A DNA stretch of 51,587 nucleotides from a bacterium (GCA_041739675.1 JBGSNL010000075.1:1-51587); one strand, 5' to 3'; shown: positions 37,501 to 45,957, counted from the first letter of the stretch. A program made the numbers and translations. The notes: generated by a model not told the origin, from the letters alone.

Positions 37501-39348
37501 CAATCCCTCGGGTGTTTCACTCCATCTGAAAAGATGTTTTTCCCGCAAAATATCCATTGCTTCGTTCCAGCCCATCTCAGTACGCATGGCCGTGGCGGTC
37601 TTGTGTCTTTCCGGAAATGCCGACGCAAGCACCGTCATCAAAATGTCGTAGCCTTTGACCGTGCTCCCATCGGGTAAGGTGAAATATCTATCTTTGAAAT
37701 CGGTGACAAACGGTAATTGGTTCACATCTTCTTCGAAGTATTTTGCCACAATGTGTCGCATCACTCTGTCGATCGACATTTCATCGCTTCTCAGAAACGT
37801 AAAAGCATCTTCGTACAATCTTTTAAGAACATCTTTGTCGACCGCGTCGGGTGAGGAATACATTTGCCTTGCGAGTTCCAGAATACGTTCGCCTGTAAGC
37901 TGTTTTCCATCGGGAAATAAAAAACGCTCTGATTCGAAGGAGTCATCAAACAAGCGGTTTTGATCACCCTTGAATATATATTCTACAATGTGCCGCACGG
38001 CCCTTATCAATCCATCGGACGTTTCGCTTAATCTAAAGAGATATTTTTCGCGTATAATACGCAAAATTCCTTCACCGCCGATCTTCTTAAGTGCATCATC
38101 CCTTGAAAGTTCGAGACGCTCGGCGCGAGCGACTGCAAGCATTATATTCGAACCTTTTACAGATGTTCCATCCTGTAATTTCAATTTCTTGTTCCAAAAG
38201 CGACTCACTGAGAAAAGAACCTTCGTATCATCGAGTTGGTGACTGTCGAAGAGATAGCTCAATATCTGATGCAGCCGGGCCTCGTCCGCTTCGAGACTTA
38301 CTCGCATCTTCGCTATGGGTCCTGCTTGGCCCCAGTATTTATTCTTTATGACCTGCATGAGTTCGTAACGACCCATCCGATCGTATGCGGTTCTGGGCGC
38401 CATTTCCGGGTGCTCAACGCCGGCGACCGCAGTCATGATTTCTTTCCCGCTGATTCGGCTGCCATCCGGCAAAACAAATTCTTGTGTTGTGCTAAATTTG
38501 CTCGGAGATGGTACCTTGGAGGGATCCCCATCATAATATCGGTCCAGAATATAGCGTAGTATCCGCCGCGTTGTTGATTCGTCATCTCTTCGAACTGTAA
38601 AGGCCATCTCATACAGTCTGCTCAGGACATCGCTGTCTGTTGCCGTCTCCCAAGAATAAAATCGCCTTCCCATATTCAGCACTTGAGCGCCGGTGAGAGC
38701 GATGCCATCCATGAATGAAAATATTTTCGAGTCGAAGCCATCGGCAAAAAAATCTTCGGTATTCCCATTAAAAATATATTCTACGATATATCTCACTGCG
38801 CGGACCAAGCCATCGGGTGTTTCGCTCCATTCGAACAGATATTTTTCGCGGATCAGACGTGATAAATCTTTCTCGCTCACGTACTTCCTTGCCTGAAATG
38901 CGCTCATGTCAGGATATTCAACATGCAGCAAGTCGGTCATCAGCTCATAGCCGGTCTTCAGAACCCCGGTGGGCAAGCGGTGTTGTAAATATCTGAAATC
39001 TGTGCCTGCACTAACTCGTGAGCGATCGTTTTTGAATTCTCTCTTCAGAATATAAACAAAAATATCTCGCAGCTCTGCGGCAGAGACGCTGGCCGAACTC
39101 ACGCTTCTTCGTTCCGGAGTGGAGGGTGTCCGTGCTGTAGTCCCGGGAACGTTGGTGAAAAGGTTGGCGATGATGCGGATATAACGACTGTAAAACTCAA
39201 AGTTTAAATAGGTGTCCTCGCTTGCGGCCGGCCGCTCTGTCGCTGTCTCCTCACCAGCCGGTGTGTCAGAGGGAATAGCTGCACCCTCCCCCGATGGCGC
39301 AAAGTTCGAGATGGCACCTCTTATAAGTTTGTCTCCGCCACTTTGCAT
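34531..39348 (-). CDS. Giant (1605 aa) protein: novel ~85-aa repeat array - SNF2-family ATPase/helicase - conserved low-complexity C-terminal tail
   Basis: LRPYQ, LLADEPGMGKT, VVDEFQN, SASPYQ, MLRR.K, KVIFF, RLDG, SGGVGINL, QSEHRANR. GGAG RBS before ATG 39348; no signal peptide. Confidence 0.88.
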   Translation of the reverse strand: MQSGGDKLIRGAISNFAPSGEGAAIPSDTPAGEETATERPAASEDTYLNFEFYSRYIRIIANLFTNVPGTTARTPSTPERRSVSSASVSAAELRDIFVYILKREFKNDRSRVSAGTDFRYLQHRLPTGVLKTGYELMTDLLHVEYPDMSAFQARKYVSEKDLSRLIREKYLFEWSETPDGLVRAVRYIVEYIFNGNTEDFFADGFDSKIFSFMDGIALTGAQVLNMGRRFYSWETATDSDVLSRLYEMAFTVRRDDESTTRRILRYILDRYYDGDPSKVPSPSKFSTTQEFVLPDGSRISGKEIMTAVAGVEHPEMAPRTAYDRMGRYELMQVIKNKYWGQAGPIAKMRVSLEADEARLHQILSYLFDSHQLDDTKVLFSVSRFWNKKLKLQDGTSVKGSNIMLAVARAERLELSRDDALKKIGGEGILRIIREKYLFRLSETSDGLIRAVRHIVEYIFKGDQNRLFDDSFESERFLFPDGKQLTGERILELARQMYSSPDAVDKDVLKRLYEDAFTFLRSDEMSIDRVMRHIVAKYFEEDVNQLPFVTDFKDRYFTLPDGSTVKGYDILMTVLASAFPERHKTATAMRTEMGWNEAMDILREKHLFRWSETPEGLVRAMRYIVNFILKAASDWVPDDTFKSKVFSFRNGFSISGTELTSLGREKFSWTSETDEDVLKKLYEKAFMRLRNDESSLRRVLQYVYDKYFGSDPHNVPTTSSVYRNDYILPDGSRITGLDIYYAVAKLERPDLTADEALKVIGFTGILNIIKEKHLGLTPPDLSRIGELPGIEIVRSPADILMLVHTLLPDSKRASPGDILAAYAALNLGEVGHAPGKRPPEIFIEAFKPDVSVSGEQIVRLADIYINLLYQEYSTTPAAILPKLERLLAENKDPVRAMFYRYAISHFKKIQKIKLKNIKSILRPYQLEAVKFLRERNGALLADEPGMGKTVEILAAAESVHAKRVLIVTHPRVVSTWKEEIEKHLEEVPGYIVLKSPSKKKFAHREANSNFFGILASARYIIVNYEALREAKGKEGTNPLLQYLKKEAGLDTIVVDEFQNVDNPKEENQQAEAVRQLDAERRWIVSASPYQSKIENLFVALSYIAPNIFVSVKRKDVKSPVSPKGFKPGDKPVTLEEFYKMARARDANTLKTLNALLNQYMLRRPKGQVLGIVDPSQPPETQRGRLPKMVYVPYQEEGAYEMTEEHAAMMAQMVNDFRTWALNYNLWAARHNVSVRKAGGMPGEKRTLVDLEKLNPASKLGWLKRAMIDPEYFGMAANVSFYQKLDETLEKYISQGKKVIFFANYTRIVDSLWKRYYHKYGAVRLDGKVKAEGQEQARHKFNNDPVHGLLVGNPRSGGVGINLPADDVIIYIGQPQTYVWRYQSEHRANRADPTYVKAEVRLVDMIGQYPKSFLDRLGKEERQFLDVGTVAEIEHAVLSKRRMEFEIVMNGVPSHREFERSIERSITSALGWNGSEDAATEGLTLEDIIDEDDDGENNGNGGTPSVPPAAAPSTPSTPPAPAAPADESSSPAPNDAPTVTGLADTGETSGEYYAGYHTSAVPPAARSAHRSATSVYAQRRTVRQPAQAAALRTPVLAPRAPSVVVAP
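37027..39081 (-). repeat. Eight ~80-90-aa coding repeats of two subtypes in the SNF2 protein
   Basis: Type A: (W/L)SET.(D/E)GL.RA.R.IV..I...F..(D/N)G....G......D.DVL..LYE.AF (3 copies). Type B: DE...RR...Y....Y....LPDGS...G.(D/E)I......I.EK(Y/H)L (5 copies). Confidence 0.85.
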
Positions 39349-39380
39349 CGCTGCTCCGTTATCAATTCCCGATCGCGTAT

Positions 39381-39450
39381 TTATCGCCTGCTTGCAAAAA
39401 AAGTTGCGTGAAAAGAGTGGGGTAAATACCTCGATATAACAATGGGTTAC
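39381..39450 (-). promoter_or_regulatory. Sigma28(FliA/WhiG)-like promoter plus conserved upstream element, copy 2
   Basis: Minus strand GCAACTTT(39407-400)-N11-GGCGATAA(39388-81). The 16-mer AAAAGTTGCGTGAAAA is identical at 39399-414 and 34458-73. Confidence 0.7.
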
Positions 39451-39468
39451 TGAAGGACACCTCACTGT

Positions 39469-39553
39469 GAGGGGACACTTCCCATTTTCACATGGAGCCC
39501 GCGTGAACAGGGGAAGTGTCCCCTCGCGAGGCGTGAACAGGAGAAGTGTCCCC
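39469..39553. repeat. REP-like cluster (one inverted plus two direct copies of a GGGGACACTT/AAGTGTCCCC unit)
   Basis: GAGGGGACACTTCCC (39469-83) is inverted to GGGAAGTGTCCCCTC (39511-25). GCGTGAACAGG(G/A)GAAGTGTCCCC occurs at 39501-23 and 39531-53. Confidence 0.75.
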
Positions 39554-39582
39554 CTCTTTCAAGGACTACGAAGCAATCTACA

Positions 39583-39611
39583 TTGACTTGCCCTTCGCAC
39601 TCACCTATTGC
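39583..39611 (+). promoter_or_regulatory. Putative sigma70 promoter of a leaderless mazG transcript
   Basis: TTGACT-17 nt-TATTGC, 7 nt before ATG 39619; no SD. Confidence 0.45.
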
Positions 39612-39618
39612 CTCTGAC

Positions 39619-40392
39619 ATGCCAAAAACCGGAGAAACATTCGAAAAGCTTGTCGGTATCCTTGAACGTCTGAGGGCGCCAGATGGATGTCCTTGGGACC
39701 GCGAGCAGACATATAAGGATATCGCGCCGCACACTCTGGAAGAGGTCCATGAGGTTCTGGATGCCATCGATCGCAATGATCTCGATGGTTTGAGAGAAGA
39801 GCTCGGCGATCTTCTTTTGCAGATCATTTTTTACGCCCAGATCGCCAAGGAAGAAAAAAAATTCACTATCGACGACGTCGTCGAATCGATAAACAAAAAA
39901 CTTATCCACCGTCATCCGCATGTCTTCGGCGAGGCGAAGGTCAAAGACTCAGGCGAGGTCCTTGAACGCTGGGAGCAGTTGAAATTTCAGGAAGGAAAGA
40001 AATCGGTCGTGGGCGGAGTTCCGAAGGCGTTGCCCGCCCTTCTCAAGGCCTATCGTTTGGGAGAAAAAACAGCGCGCGTCGGATTTGATTGGGAAGATGC
40101 CGAAGGAATTTTGGCAAAACTCGAAGAGGAAACCAGAGAACTTCATGAGGCGCGAAAGACAAAGGACGAGTCTCAGGTCGAACACGAGTACGGCGATCTT
40201 TTATTCACGATGGCGAACATCGGAAGATTTTTGGGGGTGGATCCCGAAGGCGCGCTCCGAAAGGCGACCGAACGCTTCATCAAACGGTTTAAATCCATGG
40301 AAGACGAAATTACGAAAGAAAAAAAGGATATGCAGAAGCTGAGTGCGAAGGAATGGGACACTCTTTGGGAGAAGGCGAAGAAGGGAGTTTGA
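39619..40392 (+). CDS. mazG: Nucleoside triphosphate pyrophosphohydrolase MazG
   Basis: LR..DGCPWD.EQT, EE..E..DAI, EELGDLLLQ, KL..RHPHVF, GFDW, E.GDLLF. Confidence 0.96.
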   Translation: MPKTGETFEKLVGILERLRAPDGCPWDREQTYKDIAPHTLEEVHEVLDAIDRNDLDGLREELGDLLLQIIFYAQIAKEEKKFTIDDVVESINKKLIHRHPHVFGEAKVKDSGEVLERWEQLKFQEGKKSVVGGVPKALPALLKAYRLGEKTARVGFDWEDAEGILAKLEEETRELHEARKTKDESQVEHEYGDLLFTMANIGRFLGVDPEGALRKATERFIKRFKSMEDEITKEKKDMQKLSAKEWDTLWEKAKKGV

Positions 40393-40394
40393 TC

Positions 40395-40595
40395 ATGGAA
40401 TGCAAACTTGAAGAAAACAAAAAACTCTGCACATGCACGTACGAGCCCTGCCCCAGAAAGGGGAAATGCTGCGAATGCGTGCAGTATCATCTGAACAGCG
40501 GTGAGTTTCCGGGATGTTTTTTTTCTGAGAAAGATGAAGCGAGCTACGACAGATCTATTGCCCGATTCGTCCGTTCATATCAGGGGCGGAAATAG
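40395..40595 (+). CDS. Small Cys-rich protein (DUF6485-like)
   Basis: MEC...N...CTCTYEPC.RKGKCCEC..YH....E.PGCFF; GGGAG RBS; starts 2 nt after the mazG stop. Confidence 0.75.
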   Translation: MECKLEENKKLCTCTYEPCPRKGKCCECVQYHLNSGEFPGCFFSEKDEASYDRSIARFVRSYQGRK

Positions 40596-42162
40596 CGGGT
40601 TTCTCCCTCCTCTTTCTTATCATTCCAACAATGGCGCCGTACTCTTCCGGGCTGATAGCGCGTATTACGGCAATGTATAAGATGAGACACGCCGTAATGA
40701 GAGCCAGAAGAATTGCGCCCCTGTGATATGCGCTGCCTGTCTCAAACAGTTTGCCGTAGTGAATCGCCCCCCAAAGAAACAAAGACATCGCAGCCGTTGC
40801 GGCAGTTGTTTTTGCAATGGATAAAAGAAGTTTTCTCCCGCCGATCTTTCCGACCTTTCGTCTGAAAAGATAAAGCAGCAAGGAGAAATTGACGATCGCC
40901 GACGACGCCATTGCGAAGGCCAGACCGCGATGCAGAAGCGGTTTCATGAGGATGACGGCAAGCGCCGCGTTCCAGAATAGCGCGACGGTCGCTATAACCA
41001 CAGGCGTTTTAGGCGACCTCAGGGCAAAAAATGCGGGCACAAGATTTCTGACGCCCGAGACGAAAGGAATTCCAATCGCGAACATCTGGAGCGTCTGTGA
41101 AGTGGCGATGGAAGCGCCCAATGTGAATTCGCCCCGCTCGAAGAGCATTCTCACTATCGGAAGGGAAAGTATGTAGAGTCCGGCCGCAGCCGGTATGTCG
41201 ATTAGAAATGCAAGACGAAGGCCGTAATTTGCCGTCTCCTTGAATGAGACGATGTTCTTGTCGACGGCATGATCCGAAAGTGTCGGCAGTGTAGCCGTTG
41301 CAACCGCAATTGCAAAGATGCCCAGCGGAAATTCGGAGACGCGGTCGGCGTACCAGAGATATGAAACGGTTCCGTGCGGCAGAAAGGAAGCAAGGAGCGT
41401 TATAACTATGACGTTGATTTGATAAACAGCGGCGCCGTAAGCCGACGGCAGCATGAGAAGCCCCAGACTTTTGAGTGCGGGATGGCGCCAGTTCACGTTG
41501 ATGTGCGGGAGCATCCCCTCTCTTTTTAGGCTGGGTATCTGGAGGGCAAGCTGAAGTATGCCGCCGATGAGAACGCCTATTGCCACCCCGACTGTCGGCT
41601 CCGCAAAATAATTTTTCAGGACAAACGCGCCGAAGATGATGGCGACATTCAAGAGAATCGGCGATGCGGCGGGAGCCGCGAACTTTTTCAGCGAATTCAA
41701 GGCCCCCATCGCCAGGGCCACAAGACTAATGAGGAAGATGTAGGGGAACATTATCCGTGTGAGATATACGGTCAGATCGAATTTTTCGGCACTCCCCTCA
41801 AAACCATATGCGACGGCTTTGACGATCCACGGTGCAAAGACGATTCCCAAGATGACCAGGGCCGCGAGAACCACTGACAGACAGGTGAAGACTATTGAAA
41901 GGACCTCGTGAGCCTCTTTGCGCGATTTCTTGAGATATTCGCTGTAGATGGGAACGAACGATATCGTCAGCGAACCTTCGGCTACTAGGCGGCGGAGTAA
42001 ATTGGGGATCCTGAAAGCCACGTAAAACGCGTCGGCAAAGAGAGTCGCGCCGAAGGCGTAGGCCATCACGGAATCCCTGACGAGGCCAAGAATGCGGGAG
42101 ACAAGCGTGAAAAAGCCTATCGTCCCCACCCGCCTGCTTATATGTCCGTGTTCCTGCGTCAT
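40555..42162 (-). CDS. murJ: Lipid II flippase MurJ (MviN)
   Basis: SRILGLVRD, ADAFYVAFRIPNLLRRL.AEG, L.YADR..EFPLG, LFERGEF. Confidence 0.96.
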   Translation of the reverse strand: MTQEHGHISRRVGTIGFFTLVSRILGLVRDSVMAYAFGATLFADAFYVAFRIPNLLRRLVAEGSLTISFVPIYSEYLKKSRKEAHEVLSIVFTCLSVVLAALVILGIVFAPWIVKAVAYGFEGSAEKFDLTVYLTRIMFPYIFLISLVALAMGALNSLKKFAAPAASPILLNVAIIFGAFVLKNYFAEPTVGVAIGVLIGGILQLALQIPSLKREGMLPHINVNWRHPALKSLGLLMLPSAYGAAVYQINVIVITLLASFLPHGTVSYLWYADRVSEFPLGIFAIAVATATLPTLSDHAVDKNIVSFKETANYGLRLAFLIDIPAAAGLYILSLPIVRMLFERGEFTLGASIATSQTLQMFAIGIPFVSGVRNLVPAFFALRSPKTPVVIATVALFWNAALAVILMKPLLHRGLAFAMASSAIVNFSLLLYLFRRKVGKIGGRKLLLSIAKTTAATAAMSLFLWGAIHYGKLFETGSAYHRGAILLALITACLILYIAVIRAISPEEYGAIVGMIRKRREKPAISAPDMNGRIGQ

Positions 42163-42236
42163 TTTTTGCCGGTCCCTTAGCTTGACATAATGGCATAATT
42201 CGTGCTAGGTGCCAACACTCTTTCAAGGAGGACACA

Positions 42237-42512
42237 ATGGCAGTTGACAGGTTGAGAAAAAAAATCGGAAAAGGCCGTCATCACTCGGCACTGAAACGCG
42301 AGCGCCAGAACGAAAGGCGCCGGGCGAGAAACAAGATGGCTATGTCCTCTCTTAGAACCGCCATAAAGAACGTCAAAACGTTGCGTTCCAAAGAGGCCCT
42401 CTCGAAGGCCATTCCCCAGATCGACAAGGCGGCAAACAAAGGTATCATCCCGAAGACAAGGGCTTCGCGCATTGTTTCAAGGCTGACGCGGGTTGTTGTT
42501 ACTGCTGCTTAA
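42237..42512 (+). CDS. rpsT: 30S ribosomal protein S20
   Basis: SALKR.RQNERRR.RN...S.LRTAIK, IDKAA.KGII.K..A.R..SRL; AAGGAGG RBS; divergent from murJ and convergent with holA. Confidence 0.92.
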   Translation: MAVDRLRKKIGKGRHHSALKRERQNERRRARNKMAMSSLRTAIKNVKTLRSKEALSKAIPQIDKAANKGIIPKTRASRIVSRLTRVVVTAA

Positions 42513-43518
42513 GTTTAGTCCGGCACAAATCGAAAAGAAGATGTTCGAGGATCCGATCCTTCGGTATGCGGCTGGATTTCAATTCGCGGTCGCACCTTGC
42601 CAGAGTTCCGAAATTTCCCTTCAGCTCGGAATGTGAAAACAGTTTGCACTGTTCGAGATATTCCTTCGCGAAAAACGGATTGACTCCAAGATAGCTTGCC
42701 ATCTCGGCGCTCGTTGCGCGTTTTTCTATTTCTCTTGCCCTTGTCAAAATCCGAAAATGGCGCGCAATCATGTTCAAAATCAGGACGGGCGCCGTGCCGA
42801 ACTCGATGAGATTGGCCAGAACACCAATCGCCCGTTTCAGATTTTTCCGGCCGATGGCGTCCGTGAGCTCGAATATGGAACGCTGGGTAGTCTCCGCTAT
42901 CGATTCTTCAACATCTTTGATATCTATTGCCGGCCGGCTTCCTATAAAAAGCGTGAGTCTTTCAATAGCCTGCGATACCTGGCCCAGATCCTGGCCGACG
43001 ATGTCGGCCAGATATCTTGCGGCATCCTGAGATATCCGTTTTCCCTGCCTCCAAATTTCCATGTTGATCCATGACGGGATCTGGTTCGCGTAGAGCGGTT
43101 TGCACTCGATGATGGCGGAGGCCTGATTTTTCGAGGCCGCCTGCATGAAACGGCTTCTGCCGTCAATCTTCGATGCTACGAGAACCAGTGTTGCAGATTC
43201 CAGCGGCTTCTCAATGTAGCTGGTAAGATTTTCAAATGCGTCTTTTGAAAGCCCCTCCGCGTCCCTCACAATGGTGAGCGGCCTGCCGCCGAGCAACGGA
43301 ACCGACCTGATCGTATCTAAAAGCTCGTGAGCGCGAACCTCTTTTCCAGTGAAGACGTGTCTTGCAAGATCGTTTTGCGATTTGCCGAAAATGGACTCTT
43401 CAATCCTTTGAAGCGCGCTCTGCGCGAGATAGCTCTCTTCGCCCGCAATGACGTAGACCGGTCTTATCTTGCCCTTTTTCAGCTCCGCATCTAATTGGAC
43501 GACATCGAGTTTTGACAT
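42499..43518 (-). CDS. holA: DNA polymerase III delta subunit
   Basis: PVYVIAGEESYL, P.LG.R...IV.DA, G..IS.DAA.YL...VG.DL....E.L, IFELTDAI; leuS-holA-rpsT synteny. Confidence 0.93.
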   Translation of the reverse strand: MSKLDVVQLDAELKKGKIRPVYVIAGEESYLAQSALQRIEESIFGKSQNDLARHVFTGKEVRAHELLDTIRSVPLLGGRPLTIVRDAEGLSKDAFENLTSYIEKPLESATLVLVASKIDGRSRFMQAASKNQASAIIECKPLYANQIPSWINMEIWRQGKRISQDAARYLADIVGQDLGQVSQAIERLTLFIGSRPAIDIKDVEESIAETTQRSIFELTDAIGRKNLKRAIGVLANLIEFGTAPVLILNMIARHFRILTRAREIEKRATSAEMASYLGVNPFFAKEYLEQCKLFSHSELKGNFGTLARCDRELKSSRIPKDRILEHLLFDLCRTKLKQQ

Positions 43519-43521
43519 AAA

Positions 43522-45957
43522 TCAGACGACAATATTCACAAGTTTTTTTGGAACGTAAATGACCTTTCTAATTGCCTTGCCTTCAATGTGCTGTCTTGCC
43601 TTTTCCGTTTTCTGCGCCATCGTCTTGATCTCATCTTCGCCCATATCCACGGGTACGTTGATCTGATCGCGCAATTTCCCGTTGACCTGAATTACAATTG
43701 TCATCTGATCTTCCACGATCATCTTCGGATCGAAGGCCGGCCACGGTTTCTTGAGCGTGCTTGTTTTATTTCCAGTCGTCTCCCAGAGATCTTCGGCCGC
43801 GTGGGGCGCAAACGGAGAGATGATCATTATGAGCGATTCGACGGCGTCTTTTGAAGTTTTCTCGGGCCCTATCTGATAGAGATAGTTCACAAATTCCATT
43901 ATCGCCGCAATCGCCGTGTTGAAGTGGTATCTCTCGATGTCTTCGGTCACCTTCTTTATCGTCTTGTGGGTCATGCGTGAGAGTTCCGCGTCCCCTTCGG
44001 TTTTCTTCGCGAGTGAAAGCCATGAATCGACAAAGCGCCACACGCGGAGCAGAAACCTGTGCATCCCTTCAATTCCCTGATCGTTCCAGTCGAGATCTTT
44101 TTCCGGCGGCGCGGCGAAAAGACTGAACAGGCGCACGGTATCGGCGCCGTATTTCGTTACCATATCGTCGCAGGTTACGATGTTTCCTTTCGACTTGCTC
44201 ATCTTGGAACCGTCTTTGATGACCATCCCCTGCGTCATTAAATTTTTTACCGGCTCGTCAAAGGAGAGCATCCCAAGATCCCTCATAACCTTTGTGAAAA
44301 AGCGGCAGTAGATGAGATGGCCCACCGCGTGCTCGATGCCGCCGATGTACTGATCGACCGGAAGCCAGTAATCGACGACCTTCTTTTCGACCGGCGCTTT
44401 TTCATAATGTGGCGACGCGTAGCGGAACATATACCAGGACGATTCTACGAACGTGTCCATCGTGTCCGTTTCACGTTTCGCCGCCCCCTTGCACTTCGGG
44501 CATTTCACATTCACGAACGATTCGACTTTTGAAAGTGGGCTGCCCCCCTTCCCCGTGAATTCAACGTCGTGGGGCAGGATCACCGGCAGATCTTTTTCAG
44601 GCACCGGAACAGTTCCGCATTTATCGCAATAGATGATGGGAATCGGCGCACCCCAGTAACGCTGCCGGGAGAGGCACCAGTCCTTGAGTTTGAAGCTCAC
44701 GGCCGGACCGCCGATGCCTTTTTTCGCAAGATACGAAGATATCTTTTTGATTGCGTCCGTGCTCAAGAGACCGTCGAATTCGCAGGAGTTCACTAACGTG
44801 CCCTCGCCTTCATAGGCCTCGGTCATTGTGTTCTCTGAAAGTTTTGTCTCTTTCGGCTGGATCACAACCTTGAGCGGAAGCTTGTACTTTTTTGCAAATT
44901 CGAAATCACGCTGGTCGTGCGTCGGAACCGCCATCACGGCGCCCGTTCCATAATCCATGAGAACGAAGTTCGCGGCGTATATGGGCATCTTTGAGCCTGT
45001 GACCGGATTAATACAATATGCGCCAGTGAACACGCCGTCCTTTTCGTAGTTGCCTGCAAGCCTCGCGTCGCGGTCGATCTTCGCGGTGCGCTCCGCGAAT
45101 TCACCGATCTCCCTTTCCTTGCCGTTCTTTTTTGCGAGCTCTTTCACCATCGGATGTTCGCAGGCCAAGCTCATGAAAGTGGCGCCGAAGAGCGTATCAG
45201 GACGCGTCGTGAAGATTCTGATCTTTTCATCACTCCCGTCGATTTTGAAATCGATGGAAGCCCCTTCGCTCTTTCCTATCCAGTCGCGTTGCATGATGCG
45301 CACGCGCTCGGGCCAGCCGGGAAGCTTTTCATCGACATCCTTCAAGAGTTCGTCTGCGTATTGCGTGATCTTGAAGAACCACTGGGACATCGTCTGCTGC
45401 GCGACCTGCGACGAGCACCGCCAGCAGAATCCGTTTTCCACCTGTTCGTTGGCGAGCACCGTCTGGCAGCCCGGGCACCAGTTCACAAGGGATGTCTTTT
45501 TGTAGGCCTGCCCCTTCTCGAACATTTTCACGAATATCAGCTGCTCCCAGCGGTAATAGGCGGGATCGCATGTCGCGAACTCGCGGTCCCAGTCATAGGA
45601 GATGCCCAACTTCTTGAGTTGAGCGCGCATATAATTGATATTGTCCCCGGTCCATTTTGCGGGATGTATTTTGCGCTCGATCGCGGCGTTTTCAGCCGGG
45701 AGACCGAATGCGTCCCAGCCCATCGGATGGAGAACGTTGAACCCCTGCATCATCTTATACCTGGCCGCCACATCTCCGATGACGTAATTTCTGACGTGTC
45801 CCATGTGGATCAATCCTGATGGATACGGAAGCATCTCAAGCAGATAAAATTTTTTCTTCTTGGAATCTTCCTTGACCTTGAATAGGTTCTCCTTCTCCCA
45901 GCGTTTTTGCCACTTGGGTTCAAGATCCTTGGGTTCGTAGCGGTTTTCCGTGACCAT
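43522..45957 (-). CDS. leuS: Leucine--tRNA ligase
   Basis: [31 protein letters not shown] (editing domain), [27 protein letters not shown]. Confidence 0.98.
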   Translation of the reverse strand: MVTENRYEPKDLEPKWQKRWEKENLFKVKEDSKKKKFYLLEMLPYPSGLIHMGHVRNYVIGDVAARYKMMQGFNVLHPMGWDAFGLPAENAAIERKIHPAKWTGDNINYMRAQLKKLGISYDWDREFATCDPAYYRWEQLIFVKMFEKGQAYKKTSLVNWCPGCQTVLANEQVENGFCWRCSSQVAQQTMSQWFFKITQYADELLKDVDEKLPGWPERVRIMQRDWIGKSEGASIDFKIDGSDEKIRIFTTRPDTLFGATFMSLACEHPMVKELAKKNGKEREIGEFAERTAKIDRDARLAGNYEKDGVFTGAYCINPVTGSKMPIYAANFVLMDYGTGAVMAVPTHDQRDFEFAKKYKLPLKVVIQPKETKLSENTMTEAYEGEGTLVNSCEFDGLLSTDAIKKISSYLAKKGIGGPAVSFKLKDWCLSRQRYWGAPIPIIYCDKCGTVPVPEKDLPVILPHDVEFTGKGGSPLSKVESFVNVKCPKCKGAAKRETDTMDTFVESSWYMFRYASPHYEKAPVEKKVVDYWLPVDQYIGGIEHAVGHLIYCRFFTKVMRDLGMLSFDEPVKNLMTQGMVIKDGSKMSKSKGNIVTCDDMVTKYGADTVRLFSLFAAPPEKDLDWNDQGIEGMHRFLLRVWRFVDSWLSLAKKTEGDAELSRMTHKTIKKVTEDIERYHFNTAIAAIMEFVNYLYQIGPEKTSKDAVESLIMIISPFAPHAAEDLWETTGNKTSTLKKPWPAFDPKMIVEDQMTIVIQVNGKLRDQINVPVDMGEDEIKTMAQKTEKARQHIEGKAIRKVIYVPKKLVNIVV

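Noticed and set aside
28346..39348. Assignment to a named anti-phage system (GHKL/MORC plus SNF2, e.g. DISARM- or Zorya-like)
   Set aside because: No methylase, nuclease or membrane partner genes. Each gene has its own promoter copy and shared tail, which known defence operons do not explain. A defence role is not excluded.
39349..39465. 39-aa N-terminal extension of the SNF2 ORF in the ORF track
   Set aside because: It runs through the conserved promoter element; ATG 39348 has a GGAG RBS.
39469..39553. Possible CRISPR mini-array
   Set aside because: Only two direct copies with a 7-nt gap plus one inverted copy; no spacer-length unique sequences and no cas genes.
28098..39618. Prophage, ICE or transposon as the explanation for the insert
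   Set aside because: No integrase, transposase, phage gene, tRNA target or flanking direct repeat is visible.
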